Under the pieces are notes generated by a model. The model saw nothing but the letters and a program-made list of their open reading frames with translations. It was not told where the DNA came from and ran no database searches. 64,000 bases of DNA from Piromyces finnis finn (taxonomy: Eukaryota > Fungi > Neocallimastigomycota), in NCBI GenBank assembly GCA_002104945.1, contig MCFH01000084.1:62001-126000 (forward strand), given 5' to 3'. Of this stretch, positions 22,985 through 36,284 are shown piece by piece. The stretch's first letter is position 1; each line of letters begins with the position of its first letter. The position numbers and the translations under genes are program-made.

Positions 22985-24520
22985 TGTTTTTTATAAAATT
23001 AGTTAATAAGTTATATAATTAGTTAATTAAGTTAGTTATTACCTCTCTATACGAGTTAATAACTAAATAAAGTTTTATAAAAAATAATAAAAGAAAGAAA
23101 ATAAATATTATAACACAAAAATAAATATAACTATATATAAATATTATTATGAAATAAATTTACTTAAATAATTGTTTTTAATTATATCTTTTATTTATTT
23201 AGTATAATTATAATACATTAATTATTATTTTAGCTATTAATTTACTTTAATACTAACGCTAAAGTATTTAACGTTAGTTTTAACTATACTATTTAACTAT
23301 ATTAGTTTATTTTCTTTACCACTTGATTGGGTAAAGCAAATAAACTTCCTATTTAATTAATAACCATTAATATATGGTTATACATATATTTAGCCAATAA
23401 ATGGTGTCCAGAATATATGGTTTCAATTGAAATATTTGTGGGCAAACTTATGGCCACAAATATTTCTTACAGTGCCCCCCTAAGGAGAAAACCTAGGTAG
23501 GGTTTTGGACACTAACCATGAATTCCTGGTAGCATTTATCTTGAAATTCCTTGAGTAGCTTATCATAGTGGGAGTTCTTGTCGATGATATCAGCATCAAC
23601 CCACTCTTGTCTAAAGTCACTAAAGGTAGCTAAGTATTGGTAGTTATCCTTCTTTCTTCGGGCATTCATGATTTTGATGATTTTCTGGCAGCCCACTGGT
23701 GCAGGTGTTAGTTCTTCAGGTTTGTTATGGTAGGGTTCAAGTTCACTGATATGAAACACTGGGTAGACGTTGGGGAAAGGTGACTTGCTGATATCCAACC
23801 GGTAGTTAAGTTTGCTTTCATCAATTCCAATAACCTTGAAAGGACCGTACTTTCTTGTTTGTAGCTTGTAGAAGGGAAGAGGGTTGTAATTTTCTGGTTT
23901 TCTTAACCACACCAAATCCATGAGCCTAATTTTAGGGTAGTTAAGTTCTCTCCTATGGTCCAAGTGGTCCAAGAACCGTGTTCTTGATATGCCCAGCATG
24001 TGCTTTAAGTTGCCTAAGTTGTGAGCAAAGCTATCTAATACAGGTGCTTCACCAAGTGAGTGGACAAGTTCTGAGTCTTGAGGGTTCATATGTACCTGGT
24101 AGTTATACAAAGCTAGGAATGGGGACTGCTTGGTAGAACTGTGTACTGCATTATTATAACAGAACTCAGCTAAGTACAAGTACTTCAACCATTCGTCGTC
24201 ATCAAAGGTCTTCACAAAGCATCTAAGGTACATACTTACGTAGGAGTTGTTACGTTCTACCTGACCAACCGTTTCATGATGGCCGGTGGTAGCAAGGTTT
24301 ACTTCTACGCCAAAGAACCCCATAATGTCCTTCCACAACTTACTAGTGAACTGGGCACCACGATCCGTAGTAACCGATTTGGGACAACCATGTAACTTGA
24401 ATACATGTTGTAAGTATGCTAAGGCTATTTCTTTAGCAGTAGGCATACTCCTAAACCCCACTAAGTGTATCATTTTGGTTAACTTATCGCTACAAACCAT
24501 GATACAACCTGTAAAGATAT
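22985..24520 (-). mobile_element. Second Ty3/gypsy remnant, 5'-truncated: integrase core + chromodomain (ORF 23493-24500), PPT and probable 3' LTR (~22985-23471)
   Basis: TDRGAQFTS, VGQVERNN, YGPFKV, YPVFHISELEPY and a chromo-like tail. On the minus strand TAGGGGGGCAC is followed by TGTAAG at 23471. The distal LTR end is approximate. Confidence 0.85.
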
Positions 24521-24850
24521 AAAGTATATCTTTAAATTATTTAATAATTAATTAATAATTATTGAATAATAATTTTGATATTTTAATGAAAAAAATTGTT
24601 TATAAAATTTATTGTATAAATTTTATGGAATAATTAAATAAAGATTAATTTTAAAATATCAAAGTTACAAATGAAATTTGGATAAATGTTTAAATTAATG
24701 GATAATTAAATTTAAATATTTTAAATATTCAAATTAAATCTTAAAAAGTTTTTATTTAATTAAAATTAGTTTAATAACTTTAGCGTAGTTTGAAATTAGC
24801 ATTTTTAATTATAAATATATAATAAATAGTATTGTTAATATTTAATTAAT

Positions 24851-25300
24851 ATATAGGTAATACATGGACTGTATTCAATTTGCAGTTTACTCAAATTGAA
24901 TCAAAAGTGTATTTAATTAGTTTTAGTTTAGTTTTATTATTTTATTATTTAATTAAATTAGTATTAAATTAGTTTTGTTTATTTTATATTGAATATATGT
25001 ATAATTAAATAGAATAGTATATTAAAATATAATTTACAAAAAATATAAATACATGTAAAATTTCTTGATTAAAACGATGTAATTGTTATTGACTATTATT
25101 TAGTTAATAACTAAATAAAATTAATAAAAGAGATATTTTAAATATAATTTATTTTTCTTGTTTCTTTTTTATTTATTTTGTGTTTATTGTTTTATTGTAA
25201 AAATTTTATAATCTGTTTTAAATTTTATAAAACTTTTACACTTTTAATTCAACTTGAGTAAACTAAAAATTGAATAAAGCCCATGTATTATCTATAAATT
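24851..25300. mobile_element. MITE-like element, ~450 bp, with ~60-bp imperfect terminal inverted repeats
   Basis: TAATACATGGACTGTATTCAATTTGCAGTTTACTCAAATTGAATCAAAAGTGTA versus TACACTTTTAATTCAACTTGAGTAAACTAAAAATTGAATAAAGCCCATGTATTA. A related arm lies at ~2165-2210. Confidence 0.55.
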
Positions 25301-26059
25301 TATTAATACTATTCATTATATATTTCCTATTGAAATATAAACAAATCTATTTTTAAAACTAAGTTAAAATTATTAAACTATTCTAACTTTAAATAAAAAA
25401 GTATAATCTATTCTAAAATTAAATAAAAAGTATTTAAAAAATATTTTAATTTTTTAAAATATTTAAAATATTTAAATTTAATTAAAATTATTTTATTCCT
25501 TAAATTTAAATATTTATCTTAATTTAATTTTAACGGAATTAGTATAAATTAGTATAAAATAATTTATTATTAAATTATTCCATAAAATTTATTCAAAAAT
25601 TTTATAATCAATTTTACTAAATATTAATAATTAATAATTAATAATTAATTATTAAATAATATATTTTTATGAGATTGGTACTATTTATCAACATTATATA
25701 ATTTATAAAAAATACTATCATATAAATTATTTAATAAAAAAAAAAAATTTTAAAATTTCAAAAAGTTATAATTGGAATAATTATTAATAAACTACACATT
25801 AATATGTATAGTCGGGATTTCACATATAAATTTTTTGTTACATTTTTTATTTTTATTTTTATTACAGTTTTCATAAAATAATTTTAATTATTTTATTTTT
25901 TGCTTTATTTTATTTTTTTTTTTTTTTTTTCTTACATTTCTTTGATTTTTATTCTTTATTTAAAAACAGTAATTTAAAATATTTTTTTAATATTAAAAAT
26001 CATAGCATTAAAAATATATTTTATATTTCTTCTTACTTAATGTACCTATTATTTTAAAT

Positions 26060-28446
26060 TTAATTTATGATAGTACTGCGAATCATTGTGACAGTTTTAG
26101 TAATAGTTTTAATTTCATTTGTTGCGGTTGCAGTAATTGTAACTAAATCCTCTTCTTCTTCAGAATCACTTTCATCAATAGCTGTTACTTCTTCTTCAAC
26201 TTCAAGAGCTTCATCATCAGAAATATATTCTACATCAATTGAAGTTGGAGTTGGTTCAGTTGAAGAATTAGTTTGAGTTTCAATAAATGAATCAGAATAA
26301 GTCTCAGTTGGTGATTCAGTTGATGTTTCGACAATAGTTTCATTCGAAGCTTCACTTGGTGATTCAGTTGGTGTTTCAAATACAACTTCAGTATAATTAT
26401 AATCAATTGATGTTTCAGTTGGCATTTCATATGAATAATAAGTAGAATACCAACCATCAAATCCAAAATCATAGTTATAATTAACATTAAGTTCTTCAAC
26501 AACTGGATATTCATAATTCTCATCTAAATAAGTTGAATCACATTCTAATGAATAGTAATCACAAGTATATCTATATCTCATAAGAATCCAATACTTTAAT
26601 CCATAGGATTCCATATCTGAATAGCCATTAGTAAATTCAGAATAAGCATCCCATTGTTCTAAAGAAAAGTTTCCATCAATACCACCTGTATTAAAATGAC
26701 CAGGATAATTACCATTAGCATCTGGTGTTTTATCTAATATAACATATGGTTTAATGTACTCTTTAATTTCATCAATATGAGAATAAAGTGTTGATGGATT
26801 AAAAACTTTACTAATAACTTCACTTAATATTTTTTCAAATCTAGCTGAATCATTGAAAATTAGTACTTCTATAAGATGAATATTTCCATAAGCGGCTGTA
26901 ATTGTAATTGGAGCATTGAAAAACATACTTACTTGTCCGAAATCATGATCAAAATCATGAGATAAATAAATCCATTTACCATTAGGTTGTTTGTACATAT
27001 AGTAATTATGAGTATTTTGAATATGGTCATAGGCACCTGTTAAATAATCAATGGCCATTTCATATAAAAAATGATCAATTTCGAAAATATCTTCAAGATC
27101 TGCGGCTGATTTAGCATTTTCAATTGCTGTTAAAAATTCAATCCATTCAGTATCATTATCAATTTCTTCATTTTCATTAATACATCCATAAGAATATTCT
27201 GGAAGTAAATCAATCATGCTATCACACTTATATAAATTTTTTGCATTCTTTTCACCATAAACTTCTTCAATCCATGATAATTTATAATCATCATTAAATG
27301 TATATAATCCCATGAATTCATCATTAATGTAAAGTTGTACATAAGTAGATGAAACTGATTTTAATCCTAAACGATTATGAATATCTGAAATTAATTTTGT
27401 TCTCATAATAGTTGGATCATTTAAATCAGCGCGAAGTTTAAATTGACTACGTCCATGAAGATCCTTATTACCTCTGATTTTTAAATTAAAACCTGGTTTT
27501 TGGAAGAATCGAGAGTATGCACCACCTAATTTAAAAGTTACTTTATCAAATGAATTTTGTTCTCTACAAAAGACATATGTATACAATATATATTTAAAAG
27601 TAATAATTAATAACAATATTGTATTAATAATATTAATATAAATCTAATGAATATTATTACTATTGGTAATAATAAATTTATTAATTACTTACCCATTAAT
27701 TTCGAAAATCATAGTAGCATTTTTAGTTTTGAATGATTTCATAACTTCTTCTTCTTCTTCTTCATTAATACTAATAATAGATCTAATATCAGATGGGATA
27801 CTTGCATTTTGTATTATTTCAAGTAATTCCATATCATTATGATTGTCTGACATTTTTAAACCATCAAGTACTTCTGAAATTCTTATCATATTGAAATCTT
27901 CATTACTTTCTAAAATTTCATAATATACTTCATAAAAATCTTCCATACTAACTATACTAATATTTTCTAAATTAAAGTCGAATCCATTTATTACTTCTAT
28001 TGCATCAAAAGTAGGAAAACCATCTTCTCCTATTTTTAATTCTGGAAGAATTTCATCAAAATTATAGCCAGGGTAATATTCTTTGAAATTTACTTTTTTT
28101 AAACCAAAAATTACATTATATAAAGTAGCTTTAATCATATTAATAGCAGAAGAAGCAGTTAATTCATAGTTAACCTTCATATATGAACTTTCTTTCAATT
28201 TAATAAATTCCTCATCAGGCATATATATTTTTAAATTTGGCATTGCATTATCTGTAAGTTCAAATAATTCTGCTCTTTTCCCTTTATCAATGAAAGTAGA
28301 TATAGCCAAAGTACTGTAAACTATATATAATTCATTTCAAAAATATATTTAGTTAGTCAATATATCAATTACCTTTTTTATTATTTACTACTTATTTAAT
28401 ACTAACCGCAACAACATAATAAAATGAATAAATTTTTAATTAACAT
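26060..28446 (-). CDS. Secreted CotH-family kinase-domain protein, 3 exons (28446-28407, 28320-27693, 27563-26060), with an S/T/E-rich C-terminal tail
   Basis: Spliced N-terminus MLIKNLFILLCCCVYSTLA looks like a signal peptide. CotH motifs KLGGAYSR, FKLRAD..DPT, YVQLYINDEFMGLY, HNYYMY..PNGKW..L.HDFD. GT-AG introns in frame; intron 1 has a CTAAC branch site. Confidence 0.88.
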
Positions 28447-29650
28447 TTTTAAATATAATTTTTGTTTTTTGTTTTTTGTTTTTGTTTTGTTTTAGTTTTT
28501 TTTTAAAGAACAAAAAGTTTCGCTTTTTTTTCTTTTATTTATACTTTTTTTTTTTTTTTTTAGAATATTCTCAATGATTTTATTGGTTTAAATTTAATTA
28601 GTTTTTTATTTAATTAATATCTTACAAAATTAAAAAATTTTTAACTGCCTTAAACATTAATTAAAAGTATTGTTATGAAAAATTAATATTATGAATTACT
28701 ATAAAATATATTTTTATTATTTGAAAATGTAGAATAAAATATGTACACTATAAAATAATTAGAGAAAATATATTCTATGAAAATATTCAAATAACAAATT
28801 ATTATATAAAAAGTTCAAATTTATCAAATATATGTAGTATAATAATGACAGCAGTGATAGTATCACTTTTTTGAGAAAAGTTGAAGTTGAAACAATTATT
28901 TCTGAGGATTAGATTATACATATGAACATATAGTTATAGGAAAATATTTTATTTTATTAATAAGAATATACTAAATCAACCTTTTTTAATTATATATTTA
29001 AAAAAAAATATTTTTAAATTTTAAAAATAAATAAAAAATTATAAAATAAAAATGCAATTTAAAAATAAAATATTATATATAGTAAATATATAATCTAATG
29101 TAATTAATACTTATTAATTATTGTCAAGAATTCAATCCATTCTCTATTATCATTATAATTATAATTATAAATTCTTTTTCATTTACATCGATACATTCAT
29201 TTTAATATACTACTAATAATAAATCAGATAAATTTTACATTAATTGGAAAATCAAAGTAAAAATAATTTAGATGATGAAAGTAAGACTAATATTTTTAAT
29301 GAATTCTCAATTATTGATTTATTTTTTTTTTAAATAAAAATATGACTTTTGATATTCATAATATTTATTGAATATGAATACGAATATAAATTTACTTTTT
29401 CATTTTTATGTTAAAGTTTCTAAAGTTGATAATTGACTTATTTGTAAACCATAATATATCTTATAATAAAAGGTTTTAAAATTTATCATTCATAAAAAAC
29501 ATTTTATAATTATAATTAAAATTTTCATTATTACTATTTTCATTAACAAAAAAGATTAATAAACTATCTATAATATTTATATATTGGCTATTTGTATTTG
29601 TGTATGAAATACTCTATACTTTTAAATTTTGCTTTTGATTATTATTTTCA

Positions 29651-29912
<262 letters not shown>

Positions 29913-30699
29913 TGTTAGTGTATTGCTTTTACTAATATTTGATTTTAAATTTTCTTCATATATATATATATACTTTAAATTTTCTTTTGTAATTTTAAAC
30001 ATAAAATTTATCAGATGTTTTATATAGTTTTCAAACATAATAATATATTTTCTTGATATAATTTATTAACATTTGTACCAAAATAAATGAATATTTAAAA
30101 ATTATAAAAATATTAAATTTTTTATTAATGATAAGAACTTAACTATACTTAACCATACCTAAAATATATATATATTTCTATACTTTTTATCTTATATCAT
30201 AATATTAATTATAGAGATTTATTAATGATTTTTGATATCAATTTAAAGTTTAATATACATTTTTATATCCTAATTATTAAAATAAATAAATTTATTATAT
30301 CTTTCTTCTTTTTTTATTATCTTTAAATTTTCTTCTTTATTAAATATATCTAGTAGAAAAAAAATAAGGTAACACAGTCTTTATTATAAAAATTAAATTA
30401 TTAAAATCTAAATTATGAAAAAAATCATATAAATTGTCTTTGTGTTATATTTATTTTAGAAATAAAATAGTCAACGTTATTTTTTTTTAAAACTAAGAAG
30501 ATATTACACTTTCTTCTTTTATTTATTCATTTAATTTGTGATTTTACATTATATTAGGTGATAATACATATTGAAATAATAAATAATAAATAAAAATAAT
30601 AAATATATATATATATATATATATAAAAATAAAGTAATTATTAAAGTTACATAAAAGTTTAATGAACTCTGCAATTTGTACTGTGTGGGATTGGTCCCT

Positions 30700-33695
30700 A
30701 CCTAATAAATTAAATGAAATAAAAAAAAAAGAAGTAACATCAGGTAGGATAGTGTGGTGTCCACTAAACTCTCCCATGAGTTCATAATGCTTTCATTCGA
30801 AGAAATACTAACATTGAACCCTGTGTACGGAACACTGAGAATGTTCCTTTGCCATATCGGTACGACGTCGGCGCTCTTGATTATGTTAGGTGTCTTATCA
30901 AAAAGTAGCTTCATAGAGCTACTAATGATAGGGATTGTTTTAATAAGAAAAGCTGAGAGACCCTCTACCTATGGAACATGAGACCCCTGATGAACTGTAA
31001 AGCTGTTCATTCAAGTATCTTTGTTCCGCCTTATCGATTTGTAGCTCATCATAAGCTAAAGTTCCATCAAGAAGGAACGTAAAAATATAGTTATAAATTG
31101 TTTTTTCTTATTTCCATTTCAGGGAGTAAGTATGTGATGAATTGATTCTTATATTCATCGAATACAAATAATCCAGGTAATTCCTAAATTTAAGTGAGGT
31201 TTTTTGAGACCGATATGCATTAGGCGATTTGAATTAAGGAATTTGTTGTTAGTATATCTGATGGCTTTACTTCCATTATTTAGGCTACTATTATTCCAAT
31301 AATATTCTCTAATATCTTTAGTACTTTTAATATTTATTTTCATAAGCTTCTTATGTAGTGAACAAGATTCTTTGGCCCAAGAGTAATGAGACATGGGAGG
31401 AATAGATCAGACGAGATCTTTAATAATACAATTTGATTTTCTCCATTTAACAAAGCATTTCACTTGTTGCGCAGCACAAATACCTGAAAGGGTAGGAATC
31501 TTCATATCTCTTGTAAGAGCATACAGACTAATAAATGAATTTCGTTCAAAAACAAAATCTTTGTTATTAAAACTTTTATTGTGAAAGCTATTGACACTCC
31601 ATAAAACAGCAGTATTGATAAGAGATTGGACTCTTCTAGTTCTATTTTCGTTGGAACCAGGTAAAGGAGCATAATAAGAGACTTTGCTTAAAATATAGGA
31701 ATGAATTACTATATTTTTTAAGCCAATAGGAACACTATTGTTAGTGAGGAAGCTCTTAAAAGAGAATAAGGATTTCTGAACTTTTTTGTACATATTAGAC
31801 AGAATAGGAATCAGAGAGAGATCTTCTCGAATGGGATTCCAAAATAAGTATAGCAAGAAACCTTTGGAATCGAGTACATACCGATGTAAAATGTTGGGTC
31901 GACATAACTAGGGGATCTATTAAAGTTTATAGGTTTAACAACAATAGTTGCACATTTATTTATTCCAAAAGACATTTCATTTAAATTAGCCTAATCAAGG
32001 ACTAGATTGAGCATCTTTTGAAGGTTCTTCTTGCTAAGAGCAATCAGAACAATGTCATCAGCGAAAAGACCACCACAGCAACATTTATTTCCTAAGCTAA
32101 CACCAAACCTTTCACATTTATTTAAAATATCATTGATGAAGAGATTAAATAGAATAGGAGAAAGAGGACATTCTTGTCTTACACCACGATTGATAGGGAA
32201 TTCATTAGAAAGCATATCCAAGAAACGTGAACGAGCTTTTGAGGTAGAGTAGAAATTATTGAGAAAATCAAAACACTTACCACGTATACCTAATTTATAT
32301 AGCTTTGTAAGGATATTAAAAATAGGAACTGAGTCGTATGCTTTTTTAAGGTCAAGAAAAGCAACATAAGTGGTTTTTCCTTTAAATTTTCTTCTTTGAC
32401 AGATTTCTCTAATGGAAATAAATAAGCTAATACATTCTTCTTTATTGCGAAATCCAAATTGCTCAGGTCTTATAAAATTATGAGAAAGAGCATATTTTGA
32501 AATTCTATTAATTACAATTTTTGAAATGATTTTAAGATCTACGTTGATGAGAGAAATACCACGATAATTATTACAGTCTGAAAGATCGCCTTTCTTTGGA
32601 ATAGAAACAATGGAAGTAGAATTCCATTTCAAAGGAAAGGATCCATTCCAGATTTTATTAAAAATTAATTTAAGACAATTACCAGCAGACTTATGTTCTT
32701 TTTCCAATTCTTCGTTACAAAAGAAAGCTTTGAAGAATTCAATTGGTATACCATCGGGACCTGGAGCCTTATTATTCTTCATTGATAGAACAGTATTTCT
32801 AATTTCCTCAATAGAGATGGGATCATTAATATTCCATGCTATTTGATTGATATGATTGAATTGGAAGGCTCTTTCCCAGTAACCCCGATTTAAGCTATGA
32901 TTTGTAACATCAGATGCAAGATTTTCATAATGTTCAGCCTAACGTTTTAATTGTTCTTGAGGAGTAAATAAATCCTTGCCATTCTTGTCCTTAAGAGTTG
33001 AAACATGAAAGGATGAATAACTTGGTTTGGCAGGTTTTTTAAGGCCTTTTCAACCTTGTCTAATGCTTTTATCAATAAAATGTTTACCGATAGAAACAAT
33101 ATTAGCTTTACAGAGATTGGATCTGAATTTACTCTTAACCTTTTTGATGGTATTACATAAATTTTGGTATATGGAGAACTGGTTAAGATAATTATCCATG
33201 TCAGCGCAATCTGAAAGGGATTTAATATTTTTGTAAGCCAGATGTTTTTCATGTAATAAGTTTTTGATGTATTGAGGGCAATGGAATGCTGGACCTTTTA
33301 AATCTGCAGTCACAATGGCTTTTATATCTTTACCTAAAGTTTTGGAAGTATCTAAAAATTTTGAAACCATATCGTCAGCCGATAGGCTATCGCAATTAGC
33401 TTCAAGCTTAGAAGCTAGAACAGCAAAACGATTACTAGTAAGAATGTCAGAACACTTTGTGTTACAGATATGACTTGACCACTTAAAGGTCTTCTTAGGC
33501 TTTTTGAAACCATCAGAAGTCTTTTTTAAAAGACACAAGGATCAGAAACATCGGGAAAAACTTCGCAAACTGAAGATTTGTTTATGTGTTCTGTCATAGC
33601 TTTGTTGTATATAATATGGTCAATGCATGAAGATTTAGATCCTTTTTCCCAAGTAAAATTATTACCAGTTAACTCAGCCATAGTCCAATCAAGGA
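30700..33695 (-). mobile_element. Degenerate LINE (family 2): end of APE domain, RT and C-terminal region, broken by frameshifts; 5' part lost at the family-1 junction
   Basis: KAPGPDGIP, YRGISLIN, EQFGFR, FLDLKKAYDSV, GVRQECPLSPILFNLFINDI and FADDIV. APE tail TWEKGSKSSCIDHII at ~33610-33660. Confidence 0.88.
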
Positions 33696-35549
33696 TTTTT
33701 TTTTTTTTTTTTTTTTTTTAACGGCATCAAATATTTTTAAACTTTATTATTAATTAAATTAAAATTATAATACATGTTATATAAAAAATTAAAAATTAAA
33801 ATAAAAATAAAATATTGTTTAAATAAACACAAATGAATAAAAATTGGGTATAATGTATTCTAGTAATTTTAATTAAAGTAAGAAAGCCACTATTATACTA
33901 AAGTATAATAATTGTATTTGACTTCCAATGGGACACCGAGCCAAAGATCAAAATTTTATCATGGGACAAAATTATGATCTCCATTGGTTGCGCTGGCCCT
34001 CCTGGCCTGTCTTACTGTTTCTTCAGCATTGACGCTCTTGGATGTTGCTTCAAACCTTTTGAACATTGACCATTGCTGGCCAATAGCAAAAGGCATGATT
34101 TTGGTTAGAAGTTCCGCGGTTACCGTCAAGAATGGTGTTCCTTCGTTAGTACCAGATTGAATCTGACGCTTACAAAGTTCTTTCCATTCCCTTGAATTGT
34201 AATTAATATTGTTAAAACTTCTTCCCCCAAAAAAGAATTTAAATATTTTACTGCACAGACTAGAATAATCATACACACTAATATTCACCGGATTATTAGA
34301 ACTATTACTATCATTAACTAAATTACTATCTAAATTAGAATTATTATCTTCACTATTGCTATCATTACTAGTATTATTATTTCTATAACTACTATTGTTA
34401 TTATTACTATTTCTATTACTACTATTGTTATTATTACTATTGTTACTATTACTATTGTTATTACTACTATTGTTACTATTACTATTAATGTTATTACTAT
34501 CTCTACTGATATTATCAATTTCATTATTATTGATAGGACTATTGGAATTACGTTGACTGAAAAAATTTAATAGCTGGACTATAGAATCATAATGTTTAAT
34601 ACGGATATCTCTAAATGTTGGACAATCTAATAACCAATGTTTAATACTTTGATCTCCACACTTGCAACATGGACAGTAGTTAGGACAAACTGGATCAACA
34701 AATTTGGCAGCTTTGGCAACTCTAGCATCCAACTTGTATCCGCTTCTTGCTTTCAATAGCCAGTAGAAGCCATAGGCAAACTCTGGGTACTCATAACATA
34801 ATTTAATAAAATCTTTAGTTTCAATAAATTTATTATCATCATAATATTGCGCTTTGATTGAATTCCCTTTGAGATCTTTCCAATAAAAGCTTTTAACTGC
34901 TTTAACATCTCCATGCTTCTTTAGTTTTTTATCAAGTGTCCTACTTGATTTGCACCACGTGTATTTTCTAAATTTAGGAATGTAATTGACAAGGTATGAG
35001 ATAATACAATTTGAGTTTTTCCATTTGTTAAAACATCTAACCTGAGCTAATGCACATTTGGCTGACAATGGAGGAATATTCAAATCTTTTGAAATAGAGT
35101 ATAAAGATATAAACGATACAGCTTTATGAACTCCAGCAACCCATCGTATTCCTTTGTTAACATGCTTCTGAGCAATCCTAGACCTAGCTTTGTTGGATCC
35201 AAGTAATGGTGCAAAGTATGAAACTCTGCTAATCACTTGTGAGTTAAGTACTAGCTTTTTGAAGGGAATAGGAATATTAGGATTTCTTAAGAATTTACTG
35301 ACTGAGAAAAGTCCTTTCAAATCCTTGTTATTAAGAGCTTTAATTACTGGTTTAAGGGACAAATTCTTATCAAATGGAACACCAAGATAAGTATAACAAT
35401 CAGTAGTTGGAATGGGTTGTCCTGCTAAGTAAAATGTTGGATCTCTCTTGTTCTGATTTTTTTTTTCTACTCTCTCAGTACCATGAGCATGAGTAGAGCC
35501 CCTTGAGAAACTTCATTAATTAAATAATTGAAATCACGTTCCCAAGGGG
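33696..35549 (-). mobile_element. LINE family 1 copy C: poly(A), 3' UTR, 3' ~1.5 kb of ORF, internally deleted and joined to a 5' monomer
   Basis: Poly-T followed by AACGGCATC at 33696; ORF 33959-35362 matches the C-terminus of the full copies. At ~35460 the ORF joins the monomer at a shared TTTCTA. Confidence 0.88.
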
Positions 35550-36007
35550 TTTTTTTTTTTTTTTTTTTTTTTTTAACGGCATCAAATATTATAAACTTTA
35601 TTATTAATTTAATTAAAATTATAATACATGTAATAAAAAATTAAAAAATAAAAATAAAAATAAAAAAAATATGTTTAAATAAACACAAATGAATAAAAAT
35701 TGGGTATAATGTATTCTAGTAATTTTAATTAAAGTAAGAAAGCCACTATCATACTAAAGTATAATAATTGTATTTGACTTCCAATGGGACACCGAGCCAA
35801 AGATCAAAATTTTGTCATGGAACAAAATTATGATCTCCATTGGTTGCGCTGGCCCTCCTGGCCTGTCTTACTGTTTCTTCAGCATTGACGCTCTTGGATG
35901 TTGCTTCAAACCTTTTGAACATTGTCCATTGCTGGCCAATAGCAAAAGGCATGATTTTGGTTAGAAGTTCCGCGGTTACCGTCAAGAATGGTGTTCCTTC
36001 GTTAGTA
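35550..36007 (-). mobile_element. LINE family 1 copy E, severely 5'-truncated (~460 bp), TSD CCCAAGGGG
   Basis: Poly-T + 3' UTR + last ~70 codons; the same 9-mer flanks it at 35541-35549 and 36008-36016. Confidence 0.88.
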
Positions 36008-36284
36008 CCCAAGGGGGTAGATTTTTTTTTTTTTTTTTTTTTTAACGGCATCAAATATTTTAAACTTTATTATTAATTTAATTAAAATTATAATACATGT
36101 AATATAAAAAATTAAAAATTAAAATAAAAATAAAAAAAGCATGTTTAAATAAACACAAATGAATAAAATTTGGGTATAATGTATTCTAGTAATTTTAATT
36201 AAAGTAAGAAAGCCACTATCATACTAAAGTATAATAATTGTATTTGACTTCCAATGGGACACCGAGCCAAAGATCAAAATTTTA

